From Phoronis australis (lineage: Eukaryota; Animalia; Phoronida), in contig NMRA01000188.1 of assembly GCA_002633005.1 (NCBI GenBank), forward strand, positions 205,080 to 269,079: a stretch of DNA of 64,000 bases, in the 5' to 3' direction. Below the pieces are notes generated by a model, which made no database searches, was not told the origin of the DNA, and saw only the letters and a list, made by a program, of their open reading frames with translations. Positions 12,013-25,930 of the stretch are shown here, in pieces (positions within the stretch are counted from its first letter, which is position 1; every line of letters starts with the position of its first letter). The translations under genes were made by a program, and so were the position numbers.

Positions 12013-15000
12013 TTTAGTGCGCTCAGCCTGAAATGAAAAAGAAATACATTTTCAAACACCCAACAGCAAACTTTACAAGTCTGTAGCTGTCTTCACTGGC
12101 ACTTGTGTAATGTGCAAATCCGCGGGGTAACATTTTGCAAGCATTTCCAAGATACTAAATTTAACACCTGAAATCATATATTTTTGAGAAAAACGAAGTT
12201 TTGTGAACAAAAATGTGACATTTGCTGCCATATGCACATTTTTAGGAAACATAATTTTTAAAGATATCCAGGTAACTTCCACAGCCAGGAAATTTTTGAT
12301 CAAAACAATGCATTTGCGCGTTATTTTTGTGCATTAAGAATTGTCTGCTGATCAAGGATTTCAAAAATATGTGATTTTAAGGAATCACACAAAATTGTAC
12401 TTTGTAATCTGCCACCAATCATCAGATTGTCTACAGTCCCAACTGCATTAAGTGAAACACCAATCCCTCAACAAGTAGTCTGACAAACAGAAACTAACTG
12501 TTTAACACAAGTTTGACAGCAACATTTTGTGGGGAACAATGTTTACGGCACACTTTTAATTAAAACATCCAAAGAATTCCCCTCAGAAACAAAAAGACAC
12601 TGAGGCCTTGCAATGCACAAAAGGAAGCATTTAGAGAAATTCTAGAAACCCCTTCACAAATGTTTGTTCCAAGTCCTTGCAAGTAGTCCTGGCTCAGTGA
12701 GATCCAGGCTTTTTGCCAATCAGCTTTTAGTCCTTATTAGTGAAATGTCAAGTCTCTGAAGGTTACCGGAAATACTCACAAAGGTAGATTATAACTATGC
12801 ATACTGTTTTTATAGCTCCATTCGTTACTGACTACATTGAGCAATTAAGAATTTATTTTTCTACCATATTCATCAATATGAATGCTCATGCCTTTCCGCG
12901 ATTATCAACTTACCGGTAATCATTTATTACGCAATCTGGACATGACTTAACCCAAGTCTAATGTGTATGCTTATCCAGGATTCTCCTCCATTCTCCCAAA
13001 GTGATCATGCTTCAAAAATCAGTACGGTCCTACCGGTAGGCAGCTATGACTATGGTGGTACATTTGTTTTAGTACAAGGAAACGGAAGACTGGCCCATCA
13101 TTGACTCTGAACTTAACTAAAGCAAGCAGGGGATGGAAAAATGGAGGAGTTAACAGGTGTCATCTTCAAATTTCAATTATTTGAATGTTTATTACACATC
13201 AAAGCATTGAGCATTCACAGAGAGCCTTCAAAATCCACTTGGATTAATTTCTTGGATCTCAAAAGTGGTGAAAAGCTCAATTTCACTGGCACCCACAGTT
13301 TTGGATTAACTCAAATAACCGAGCAAATTCATGCCAGCAAAACTTACACTTGTAACAGTTCACACAACTGGTGTTATTTTTTGTTACTAAATTGCTAGAG
13401 AAAACAGGCTTTAGACAATTCATGGAGTATACGTTATGCATATGGCAAGCAAAGCATTCCTGGAGAACTACAAGAATACTTGAGTACCCATGCACTCCCA
13501 AGTCACTATGAGTATAATGAACTCTAAGGCCTGCCTGTGGACAATAGTTAAATACTTTGACCACAATACCTCCTATAGAAACCAAGAAAAACACAATGCC
13601 ACCATAATGGTTGCATGAATAGCTTTCATAACTACAGTTGCAATATGGTGGTGACACCTCATAAAAGTTCACATACAAGGTAACTAAACTACACAGGTTA
13701 ATGGACTCATGAACATGGTCATAAGTTACCAACAGACTTAGCTGGCCAAGTCAACTAAGGCTTCCTGTGCTAGTACTTTCTGAGGACAGTGCCTTCAATG
13801 ACATCCGACTTGAAGATAACTTTTTACATTTTAATGGCAGGGTCGGGTGGCATAAAACTTGAAAATTATCTGCTGAATAATAATGCTCTCATCAACAGAA
13901 AATTCAAACTCAATAAGAATAACATAAGTCTCAAACATATTTGAGAGTACATAACCACACAGGGATTGGTTTAGTATGTAAACCAGAGTCAATACACGCT
14001 GAACATCTAAAATGTCCTGTGTTGCTAAAAAAAGACTAACCTCCTAAGAGATCAAACTTATTGCATAGCTTTTCAAACTCCATGACCAGTCAAATCAAGA
14101 GATTGCTACACGCCTCGAAGGCAAATGGGCTAAGCCTATAGCTCATGTCAGTGGCAAAATAAAATGAAATGAATCCTGAAGATTTTGCCTAACGGTGCGA
14201 TGCGTGCCCGCCTAATAGTAATGTTTCACTAACTTGTATTTCTGTCACCTAATGACTGTAAATAGTCAAAGCACATGCTGAGGAGAGCTTAAAAGTGTTT
14301 AACTGATTACCATTGTCAGGCAATGAAAATTAATTAAATAGCTTCACCTGACAACTCTATCTCAAGGGCATATTCAACCAAAGTAAGTACTCAGTCAGTG
14401 AGCATTGTGCTCGCTGTGTGCAGGTAACCTACATCGAGCTATACGCTGAGCGAAGTTCACTCGAGGATGATGGCTCCGCTTAGACCTATTCATCCGCACA
14501 GCTCTCAACAAACCATTTTTTATGTGGGTGACTCTCAGCTGTTGTTACATTTACTTAGTGGTACCTGGATAGACACTTCCCAGGCAAACAACAAATCCCT
14601 GGTGGCTTTATGATGATCCCATTTTTAAACCTGCAACTCTTAGTTGACTCAATACATCAAGTCAAAGCAACAAAGGCATTGTCAATGAAATTCAATCAAC
14701 TAATAACTTACCACATTGTACTGCATCCGATTCATCGGAGCTACGGAAATAAAATTAAAGGACACTGTCACATTTCGCTAATTTCATTTGTTCAGTGTTT
14801 AAGCTAGAACAGAACAAACAAGATGTGACCAATCAAAGCCAGATGGGTCTCATCCCAGCAGACAGTGTCTCCCAGCTGACACAATTAACATACCTGCATA
14901 ATCAAACAAAAATGGTAATTGTGGGTTAGTCACATCTAGGACATGGCAGAGCTGGACACCAAATAACACACAAGATTTAGGGTACACATTACAACAGTAC

Positions 15001-15097
15001 TTTGACTTGGGGAGTTCAATCAGAAGCAACCGAAGACACTCAGTTTAAAACCTACAGGTATTTCTTCAAAGCTTTTAAAAACATAAGAACATATTAC

Positions 15098-15752
15098 AGT
15101 GCATGAAAGTTACGCCAAGTCACATTTGGCGACTTGGGAAAAATCCCAGGTCGCCAAATGAAAGCTGAGGTTGCCAAAACTGAAAATCCCAGGCCACCGA
15201 ATAAAATCTGAGGTTGCCAATCTGGCGTAGAATTCGACAAAAAGTCATGCGGTTGTACTGCACCCCATTCTCAGAATGTTACGTGTGCCTCTCCACTGTC
15301 TCCTAGTAAATGTTTATTCATTTTCTGACTCAATTCCTCCCGTCGACACATGAACATTGAAGCACGCAGACCATTGCATAAGCTGGTGGCGCGTAATGCG
15401 CCAGTCTTGTCCGATTTTTGTCGAACAATTCTGTCGGTTTACTTTCCGTTGTAATTTAAGCGTGTGTTCGACGTGTGCTGAGTGCTGAATACTGTGGTGG
15501 CAAATGCACTGATTTCAGGAAACAAAGGGAACAATTGTGAATCAAAGTTAATGAGTCTAAGAAAACTGTTAGTAATTCAAAATCTGTAAGTAAACACGAA
15601 CTTTATAACAAATTTAGGGGAAATTATTGTCCGACTTTGATACTCGCAATGGCAACTTAGAGGCGACTTGAGATTTTTCCTAGGTCACCAAACACAACCT
15701 GATGTCGCATTGGCAACCTGCAGGTCACCAAATCACAAAATCAAGTGCTGCA
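15098..15752. mobile_element. Probable hAT-type non-autonomous element with repeated ggt(c/t)gccaa subterminal motifs
   Basis: Begins cagtgcatg. ggtcgccaa/ggttgccaa/ggtcaccaa motifs cluster at both ends. Confidence 0.4.
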
Positions 15753-16491
15753 TTAAAAATATTACCACATTGATTTGACTGGTCAAGATTATTTCTGAAA
15801 CAAATTTCTTTTCAGCTCAGAGAGTAAAATCGAATTTAGGTGAATACCAAAGGGGAAATATTCAACACAGAATCCTCCAGAGTATCAGAAAATGGCAAAC
15901 AGTAGAATGTTAATAACTTTCTTTCTTTCAACATTTCACAGACTTCAAAACAAAAGACAAACTTACTAATTAGTAAACAGGGCTAGGTAGCAAAAAACTT
16001 CAAAATTATTCATTGTTCAACAGTTAACAACGTGGCGTGTGATAACGTGACGTCATTATTGCTATACGGCGTATAACTTTTATGTAACTGAGCCCAGGAC
16101 TAGTTCCCAAGCCAGTCAGAGTAGAATTTGGTTTCTGTAACTTAAAAAAGACGGGAAATGAGTAAACTAAAGAATCCATTCCAAAAATATACCATAACTA
16201 CCTTATCAGCTGCAAAATTGGGTATACTACTCCTAGTTACCATGGTCGCAAAACAAAACAATTGAAAAATAGTAGGATAAGTATTCTCACAGAAGGGTCA
16301 ATACCAGCACAACTTCGTGACTTCCCCTATTGTTCACCAACAGAAACTGTCTGCTTTGCCGGGTACCATATGTTGATGGGCAATAGTCAGTTTGATGCTA
16401 CATTAGTTAAATTAATTTCTAAAAAAAATTCTCATTGCTCTGAGAAAATGGGCACCCTATTTTTGAAATCCTAGATGAAGTCCTGCGCAGG

Positions 16492-16615
16492 AGCGGACCC
16501 AAGAATTAAGATTTTACTGGACCGGCAGTGCAGTTTTGAGGAGCCCGCAACATTTTTAAATTATGTTGGTTGTTCTTCTTGAGTGGGGGTTTAAAGCCCT
16601 GGAAGATCCGCCACT
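16492..16615. mobile_element. CAG(T/G)GGCGGAT-terminus MITE, degenerate
   Basis: caggagcggaccc...gatccgccactg terminal inverted repeats. Confidence 0.5.
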
Positions 16616-17739
16616 GTGGTGTGATTGTTTGCTTAAAACCTCTACACTAGCCAGTGTGTGTGTGTCAAAAGCAAATATAGGAGGGCTATTTCAAAGTTCT
16701 TCAATACAACTTTCATTTCAGCGGCTTAGAAAGTCCACATTTTGAACTAGGGATCAACATCCAGACGGTGGTAGTATGCATTCATAAATCAACAGCTTTG
16801 TTTTTTTCTTACGGCACAGTCTCACCAATTTTGAACAAAACAATTGCCAAAATTACACTCTTTTTGTTTTTCAATGTCTTCAAACATTGTTGTGGATGCC
16901 TAAAATTTTCAAAATATTTTTCCACGGTAGCTATGTAACAGGACATGGTAAAGCAATCATTTGATGCCATAGGACATATCTTTTATGATAAAAATGAGAA
17001 AATAAAGTTTGACACGTCAGCTATATTGTGTCTTAAATTGGCGAGATTTTACAGAGTACGAAAAATCCAATTCCACAACAACATTCAGCAAAAATATGCT
17101 TCACAGATCTATTATTTCCACAGTCCTCCCACTCTAAATGTCAATGTCAGGGATCAGTCAAGTTCAATTATTCATCAGGAGGGTTGTTTACCAATATTTG
17201 AAAATCATTACGATACTGATACCATTAACAGAAACGGCCAATTCGACACCAATACTCATTCAATATTCATATCAAATACTACCATTAAAACAATTGAACT
17301 CATACCATGTTTGATGATTAACCCATTTAAGCAATGACTCGTTCAAATTATACCACTTAGTACTCTTAATTGTGAGATTTAATTGTCCTTGTTTCATTAT
17401 TCACTGTCACAGTACCACCACCAACAAGGAGGATAACCCTATCTATGTATGAGTTCGCACGTCTTAAGTACCATAAAATTCTCCAATGGAACATTGAAAA
17501 ATGCTTCGCCTGTGCAAAGTTTTAGAAACAGGCAATATCGGATATCCCAAATTTAAGATATAGGATAAAGACGAAATTTGCATTGGTAGCTATTTTCGTT
17601 GATTTCATGTAACACTTTGTCACTACAAAATTCAATGTCCAATATTTGAAAAATACGATGAACGTCAAAACTGTCCCATGTCCCAATATTAAGAAACAAG
17701 AAAATTCAATTATGGCTTAAATTTCAGAGTCCTAAACTT

Positions 17740-17930
17740 TCGGGATGGTCCCAAATTTAACAGACTGTCCCAAATGTTACAGAAGAGCCCTAATTTTAAA
17801 GACGGCCTCAGATTTTACAGACGCCGGTCCCACATTTTAAAGACAGTCCAAAAGTTTACACACGGTCCCAAATTTTGCAGATGGTCCCAAAGTTTAAATA
17901 CGGTCCCAAATTTTACATATGGTCCCATGT
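17740..17930 (+). repeat. ~20-bp minisatellite (ggtcccaaattttacagat-like)
   Basis: About 9 degenerate tandem units. Confidence 0.75.
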
Positions 17931-19033
17931 TGGTGAATTTTTAAATAAAATCCTATATCATATGTTACTGGTTCTGAAATGTCAAGGACTATGATGAGTT
18001 GTAAAAGAGAAGGCATTTCAAAATGATCCAGGAAATGTTTGACAGCATCTGCAAAGGTCAAGAAGGAGTCTTTAGTAAAGGTCATTTCCCTGTTCTGGGC
18101 ACCTTATCACTGGTAGGTAGATAAAACAGAAGGCAAAACTATAACCTCTGGAAGAGAATGAACTATTGATAAAAGGCCAACAGGGTTACCATACATACAC
18201 TACCTATACCACCTGAGTCATATGCAAGTCAATAATTTAAAAGAAAATTGGCCTAAGCAGCAGGAGAAGTGAACCAATTGTGTCACAACATACTTTGAAA
18301 CAATGTCCCTACAATAATTTGATATTGCCAATGGATGCAAACTGTAAAAGCGCTGGCTTATTTCTAATTGGATTGGTGGTTATTCCACAAAATAAAAACA
18401 AAATTAGCCAAAACACTGCCTTGTAATTGTTGAGGATATCAGTGGCCCCTAGCAATAACTTTGATGGGACCGGAAGTTGATACTGCACCACAGTATCGAC
18501 GCTCCCTGTTAAATCTGTTTACTGCGAAGTTAACTGGCACTGTTGACTCCGATACTAGATCGGAGTTAACCGTTCATACTGACCGCAATTCTCCAAAACA
18601 TCAACGCGTCGGCGTTAATATGGAAGGGGCAAGTGCTCCATGAAGTGTCAGACAGAATCCTATGTTCACCCACCTCACTATAAAACTGTCTCACTTAACT
18701 TATGCAAATTGGGCGCCAGTGGCTAGTCTCATGAAACAGTCCCAGCAGAGACTCGACAGAGTATGTTCCCTAAACTTTCAGCACATTTGTGGACTTTGCG
18801 CAAACACAGATTGTTGAGCACATACCAATTGTCCTTACTTCTGCTATTTTATATTCACTGCTACGTCAAATCTTACTTCTGATACATACCGAAGTTCCTA
18901 TTATTTTCATGTAACGTCCCTTTTATTTTCACCTAATTTTCAGATAAACTAGTAGAAAAGTTGTAAGGTAAAGAGAAGTGCACAATGAAAATAAAGTGAT
19001 AGTTGTTATTGAAAAGTGGAGATGGACTCATTT

Positions 19034-19187
19034 GACTTCCAACAGACTGTTCAGATGTGGTGGAATAGGAAGAATGGAGTCAGTTTCAATCAAAATTGAA
19101 CGTTTGTCTGCCTTTTGATTTGTTACGTCAGATTTTACATTTGACTGTGTTCTTATTCCGCCACAGCTGAGCAGTCGGTGTGAGGTC
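19034..19187. repeat. Imperfect ~150-bp inverted repeat (foldback/MITE-like)
   Basis: cagactgttcagatgtggtggaatagga pairs with tcttattccgccacagctgagcagtcgg. Confidence 0.6.
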
Positions 19188-21969
19188 TTTGTCAGATTGC
19201 CTTTTGAATTTTTAAATAAAAATGAAACTTTTACATGAACAAGACTGTTCTTATTTTGAATGCCCTTGAGGTATCTGTTTCATATGTTAACCTCTTCAAT
19301 TACACTAAGTTTGCTGGGCAAACAACTTGAAAAAAGGCACACTTTTTATCGTCAGGTGCGTCCAAAAGGCACAGGATCAAACCTGGTCAGGAATATCCCT
19401 GCAACTGTTACAATAAAGTTTCTTTAATTTAAAAAACAATACATGGTGGAATAGAGAAACCATACTATTATTTCATGGATAATTTCAAGAAAAAATAAGC
19501 AGGAAGAAAACTTTACTTGACTATTTGCGCAGCTCGCATTGTACAGCTGTCAACAACAAAGACATGATGAAAATTTGGGAACTTAAACCATGCAACGAGC
19601 TCTTGAAAATGGAAAAATGACAGCTTTGGTAGTTAATGTTCGAATTGTAGGAAAGTTTGCCATGCCTTCTTATATTAACGTTCAAGGCTTTTCTAATACA
19701 GACAAAGTCACGACATTGAAGAACAAATAGGTAAAGTCATCAGTCTTGAAATAAAGGATGTGTCTCATCAGTAATTTCCTGACAAATAACTTTGTTATGC
19801 AATCCGAAACTGTCAATTGCTTGCTTTATAACTGAAACCAACAGGTCACAGTGACACCTACTGGCCATGAAGTAGACTGAGAGGCATTTGCTGGAAAATA
19901 CACACTGAGCACACTGACACCTACTGGCTGACTTTATTCAAGAACACGGCCTCATTGCATGGCATGCTTTCAGTAAACTAAAAATTGGGGACTCAAATAT
20001 TGCAACACAATTTAAGTTTGAATGAGTCTTAAGTCAAGCTTTGGGTCAACCCATTCTGTTCAGTCTCTTGTAGAACACTACATGGGGATCTTCATGAAAT
20101 AACAAATTAGCAATTTCAAATGTTACAGAGATTAGCATTGTAAATTCGAATCTGTAAAAGGAATACAACACAATAACACTCAAAGTTATTGCTTTCATTA
20201 CTAATAACCATCAAAAAACAACAAATATCACCTTGAAATTTTAGAACACACTGAAAATCTAATTTTGATATATTCAACAAGATTCAACAAAATGACATTT
20301 AAGTATGTTGCGAACACTCCCCAATTTTCCAGTTGTCAGGGCTAAAACTTAAAATCTCTGAACTAGCAGGGATTCACCAGTAGCTTATATCTTTAAGTCA
20401 GTCAACAATTGCTCAAAAGCAGAGTGAATTAAGACCACTGCTACCAGGGCCCTTGCAATACTGAGGGGAAAGGTGCATGTGCCTTGTGAAATGATTTCTA
20501 TTGAGGGGATAATTCCTTCACCCCCACCCCAGTGACCATATAACAATTTGCATATTACTAGTAAGTGATTTCAAACTTGAGGAAATTTTGTAATCATTGT
20601 AATTTTATTTGGAAGGGGATTTTTGGGCCTGATGAGGGAAATTTCATGGCAGAATCAGGCCGATATTATGCTCCAAAATCAACACATCGCGGGCCCCGAC
20701 TGTATGCTAAAGGAATACCTTACATATCATGCCTAAAGATTCTCTTACTCCTCCATGGTAATATAACAGGGCTGCTATCTGGAATAAATCCTCAGGGGCA
20801 TCGTCCAGAATTTACCATCTGTCGCTTTTTGTTGTACTAGTTCAATACGAACTGTTGCACATACGCTAATGCAATGAACACCCACAATTTTATTTCCAAG
20901 AGAGCGCAAACCCATGATCCCTTATGAAAAACATGTGAACCTGTCCAGTGGCTAAACAACTGACCAAAGACAGAGTGAATTCAGAAAGCTATGTTAATAA
21001 GTGTCAAACATGTAGTACTCAATTGCAGACTTGTCATAACTAGTTGTCAGTGCAACTTTAATTAGGAAACATGGATGTGTCAATTGAAAATCATTGCAAT
21101 TCTGTTTAACACGTTCCACAACAGGATTACATGAATTTTTAACATTTTCAGTCAGTGCAGTAAACAACAAATTCTCTTTTAGATATGCAAAGGGACTTGA
21201 CTCAAGTAACAGTCGAGCAAGTCAAGTTTGTTGATCAAATAAATTTTATATTCAGACATTAAAACATAATATTTATAGAAATTTGCAAGTTTTTAGTAAA
21301 GTTTACAATATCTTTTCAGGGAATAATTGCTCTTACCGACTACAAATTTTCAGAGTTGAAAGTCACCGAGTAGTGTTTCAAGAGCAAGATGCCAAGATGT
21401 AGATCTATTGCCCAGCATTCAGAACATTGACGCAGTTCGCACCTTAGTCAGTAGTAGTCCTTGATTTTGAGAACCAGTTTCACCCTCTGCATAACAGGTG
21501 TTACTCACACAGATAAATGAACAGCATGCACATGGTTAGTCAGTGATTACCTGGTTCTCAGAATCAGAGACCACTAAAATGACTACTGTCACAGATAATT
21601 TGAATTTTCATGTAAAATGTCGACCACACATCAGTTCATAGTCATTAAACCAACCTGATATTCGTATTAGCTAATCAAGCCAGTTTTAACAGCGGGCAGT
21701 AGTCAGCCTGAGACTCAGTACTAGACCAAACATACTGTGTATGACGTATGTAAATTGTGAAGAGTTTGTCTAGTCTCAGTGGAATAACTCAAAGAAAAAG
21801 GACAGAAATGCACTTAAATATAAATGGTGTGCTGCAAAAACTAAACGAAGTATAAAACAACATAAAACTTAGAATTTCACCTCAACCACGATAAGGTACG
21901 ATATTATGTTTGGGTTTGATAATGATTAACGATCAAAAACAGGATCTCGACTTAAGAAGAGTGGCTTAC

Positions 21970-22200
21970 CTGCCAACCTGCCGGAAGTTCTCACTAACAG
22001 GACTTTATGTGTGTTTATAGGCTTTACTATACAACTAGTATCCAGCCTATGTAATCGCACACACTTATGAGTCTAGTGCCAGGCGAAAGAAACTAAAACA
22101 CCAACAAGATAGGAATGAATAATTGCGAAATATCCTTGTATTATTTTTCCAATAGCTTCCCTGGTTGACTATGCTAATGACGCACTTTTGATTTTCAAGA
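21970..22200 (-). other. TUB: Candidate non-coding first (5' UTR) exon of the Tubby gene
   Basis: Consensus donor cag|gtaagc at 21970/21969 on the minus strand, next to a promoter-like region. The 5' boundary is approximate. Confidence 0.45.
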
Positions 22201-22430
22201 CGCGTGATTGGTTAACATAGTCATGACGTAGAAAACTGGTCATGAATTACGCTGCCATCTGTTGACGTAACAATCAGTCCAAAAGCTGTGCTGGCCAGGA
22301 GTCTTTGATCCAGTCTCTGGCACAAATCCGCGTGATCTGTTAAAAAAAGTTTTACCTCATTATAGAACGTTAACAGCGTTTGCCCTTCCTGGATACAGGA
22401 CAGTGAAGTTGCATATCCATGGAAACTAAT
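22190..22430 (-). promoter_or_regulatory. Putative Tubby promoter: CCAAT box, CRE-like tgacgt half-sites, gccatct motif, X-box-like atatccatggaaac (22413-22426)
   Basis: Motif cluster immediately upstream of the candidate first exon. Confidence 0.4.
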
Positions 22431-22580
22431 CAGATGCGGATTTAGAGGGGGAATAAGGGGGCCATATGGCCCCCCTACCCAGATTCATTTGGCAGTTCAG
22501 GGGCGCGAATGTCTGACGGGCAAAATCCTGGCTAATACTCTCCCTGGCCCCCCTAACTCAAAATCCCGGATCCGCCCCTG
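22431..22580. mobile_element. CAG(T/G)GGCGGAT-terminus MITE
   Basis: Same subfamily as 41874-42030. TIR cagatgcggattt...ggatccgcccctg. Confidence 0.8.
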
Positions 22581-23789
22581 CTTGTGGTCATGAAACACAA
22601 GCTCTCGAAATTAGCTAGTGAGCCTTGAGGGTCAGTTTAACTGGTTTCGTGGAAAGATCGAAGTCATATCGGTTGGACCAAGTTCATCAACGCGTTCTTA
22701 GCGGTCAAGTGGTGTCAAGTGGTGCGCTAACCACCAATTTAGAGGACTGGCTCGGAGTCAGTCACGGCAACGGGGGCAATGACACAATCCTACTTAAAAA
22801 TGAACTCAGTTTACAAACGTCAGTACAATTAGCACTGGTGCAAGTAACATTACCTTTAAATCATTTAAAGATCATGATGATCTTTGCTTTTAAATAACTA
22901 AAACACACTAAGCAACTTTCTTACTGCCTGAGTTTCAATACTATAGCAGGAAGAGATCTTCCTGGTATTAGTTATAATTGTCCACAGCAGATGATCATAG
23001 CCGCTCAGCCTTCACGTAGCTACGGTTTGTGTTTTACACATGATGCACTGAGTTAAGTCGGGACAGTTTTGAACGTCTGCCAGTTCAATAGTTTATTATT
23101 TCACATATGCTGTCGGAGGCGATCATCACGGAATCCACCTGTGAGGCCATGCAGACTGGCCTGCGGATGCGGCCGCAGCTGATCAGGCCGACTTCCATTG
23201 CATGTTTGCCGGCCTGGGCGCGGGACTGCAGTTACCGAAGTCTGCGCACGCCGCTATGGTTATAATGGCAAATGAGCTGTTTCGTAAGTTTATGACCATG
23301 CAGACAGGAAAACAATAAGCTGGAGCGATGGCGGCAGACACGACCGAGACTGGCTGAGGCCACGAGTCAAGCTATACGCTCGATCTCTGATCAGTGTTAG
23401 GAGCGAGAGAAATGCTTTCAGTCAGTTCGCGAACGGCATGATCGTTAGCCTATACTCGGCGACAAAATAAAACCGTAAAAGACACTCAAAGCAATGGATG
23501 GCAATTATTCGTAGACATGGCTCGAAAGTCACTGAGTCAGTGAGCTCGGGCCGCACACTTGACTATTACCAGCAAGTACAATCGGAGGTCGGATGATGAT
23601 CCCGGCTTTCCGCCTTGCCACCGGTTTTAGACGTGTAGTCCACAGGTGACAAAAGTTGACACCGTACGTGATGTCAATCATTGATCGTGTAAGTTGTAAT
23701 GATACTTGCGCCCGATCATGCATGCAGGCAGCGACGTTCCGTACGTGTTAGCTTTAATGTCCGTGTCATCTAGTGCCGCGCAAACTCCC

Positions 23790-24205
23790 TAGTCAGCAGG
23801 TCTACAATCGAGGTGTGTCTTTAAGGAACAAATTGCCTGAATCAATTAATAAGGTGTTGCAACGACCTGAAAAAAATCTCAAGTACATGATTGCCTTTAT
23901 CTTGAACGTGGCTGTGAGTGTCAAAACTCAGTGTGTCTGCATGACTGTATACAATGTCTTTTGATTCAGTACACGAACACCTAGCTGATGCTTACTTTGC
24001 TTTTTGCATATATCGTTCTCCTGCTTGTAAATAATCCCTCTAATGTTTATTAATTGTATCGGTAACTAGCACTTGTGCTGTTTATTCTGTTGTTTTAGTT
24101 ACCCACTCCGAAGTGAAATAACCTATTTATTTTCTTACTCACTTAGGGCCTACGTATAGTTATTTACTTGCTTGCTTGCTTGCTTGCTTACTTACTTACT
24201 TGTTC
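23790..24205 (+). mobile_element. Possible decayed 3' end of a CR1/L2-type LINE with simple-repeat tail
   Basis: YNRGVSLRNKLPESINK...KKNLKY resembles the ORF2 C-terminal WNxLP motif region. It is followed by an AT-rich UTR-like stretch and (ttgc)n/(ttac)n. Confidence 0.35.
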
Positions 24206-24296
24206 AGTTATACTTACACAACTATGAATCATGCCGATGACCGTGAGGTTACGTGGGTGACAGAGGTGTTGTTGCCACCGCGACACAAATGTGAAC

Positions 24297-24480
24297 AGTG
24301 GCGGATCTACGTTTTCAGTAAGGGGGGGGTTTAGGATTCCCGCAATGGTCGAATCCGAGGCGCGTGGCGCCGAGCGAGTGGGGAGGTCTGGTAAACCCCC
24401 TCCCGTGTAAGACAACTTTTTGTTTTTGTAGCCAAACAGTGAAACTTCCATGCATCCTGGTACGTTTCTGGCACTTAACA
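24297..24480. mobile_element. Single CAGTGGCGGATC terminus of a hAT-like element
   Basis: cagtggcggatctacg followed by a GC-rich subterminal region; partner terminus not identified. Confidence 0.5.
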
Positions 24481-25479
24481 TGTCCCTGGAGTTTTTTTTA
24501 AGACTTAAAAACCCTTCTCGATTTCGTCACATGAACTTGGCTCATAAGTTTCGTGAAACCATATTTGTGCATATCTGGGTATGAGTCACGCCACCAGCAA
24601 AACTTTTTGTTGGAACATCGGCTTACACACACCTTGTTAGCATACGAAAAAGTGTGGTGTGTATACAGGGGTTTAAACAACTACCAAATATTCAAGAGCA
24701 TAAGGAGCACCGACGGGGCGTAAAAACTTGAATATCAGATGATCGCAACAGTCTCAAGCTGTTTAAGAAAGAAGACCTGTACTTTTAGTCCGGAAATAAA
24801 CATGTGTTCTGTCTCGTTACGAGAACTGGCGAACGACGGTGCTCTTAGCTCATAGTCTATTGTTAAAAGCAACAATGAATAATTACATGTAAGTATCACT
24901 TTATTAAGCTGAATCACGTTGACAACAATTGAAAAACGTCAAATGTATAAGGAAACAAATCATCTGAAAACAGTTTCACGAAACCAAAACATCGTGTGCA
25001 CAGTGGTGAAAAGATATACAGGACTAGTTTGCAGAGGGACCAGATGTACACTGAGAGTACACAAAAAGGCTGACCTGGTCCGTCACGAGACCTAAAGCGT
25101 ACTTTGCAAAAAATTTTGAATTGAAAACTTCTCTCTAGACACTTTTTAATCCCCAGTGGTTGCTCATACGTGTAGTTTCCTGGTGGTCAACTGTGAGAGG
25201 TTGTCTACGAAGGGTTTTCGCACCGTTGTATAGTACCCGGTACTCCCTGGAAGAAACAAGTATTGAGTACAGATTTAACTACGCACTATGTGAAATAGAT
25301 TTTGGATATGAAGCAGATAGACTCAAGTGGAAATACAAAACAGAATCAGTTTCTGTGCGCTCGTAGACCCTCTGCTGTACTGGGAAATTTGACATGTCCA
25401 AAAATAATTTCTATTTCGTTTTCATTGTACATAAGCATAAAAAAACGACATAATTACAAACTGTGTAGAATTATATAAC

Positions 25480-25930
25480 TTATTACCTGGGTGTTTCTCC
25501 TGGAACGTTGGTCCTATCTTTCTGTTGTCAAGGCTGCTGAGGAATCTGTATATCGGATCCCATGGTTTGCTGGTCTTGGCACCATTCAACCCAGACATCT
25601 TTGATATTTTTTCCCAACACTTGCACTTCGTCAACTGCTCTGTCAATGAGCTTATACGCCTCTACAATGTCATCATCTCGTTTCGCAGCTCAGTTGGCAC
25701 TAAGCCCCCTGAGGTTACCAAGTCCATTCAAAAGACTTATAGCATGCGCAACTAATTTGATCCCTTCATCACGTACTACTTCAAACCTTGACGGTGTATC
25801 CTAGGACCCATTTGCATCTCTTGCAATTTTCGAAATAAACGTCCCAATGTCTGAACGTTTGAAACCCGAAGTACTAACATCAAATAAATGCCCATGGGCA
25901 TGGGCGTTTCGTCGGTTGGCGGCCTTTCTG
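25480..25930 (-). pseudogene. Decayed hAT transposase fragment (Tip100/THAP12-ZMYM1-like)
   Basis: Minus frame LVAHAISLLNGLGNLRGLSAN*AAKRDDDIVEAYKLIDRAVDEVQVL...WVEW...IQIPQQP*QQKDRTNVPGETP fits the LSxxLQ/DIxxA/PR..QxxRxN-P pattern of hAT transposases, with in-frame stops. Confidence 0.55.

Noticed and set aside
13141-13732. 149-aa minus and 85-aa plus ORFs
   Set aside because: No recognisable motifs or exon boundaries; likely chance ORFs in an intron.
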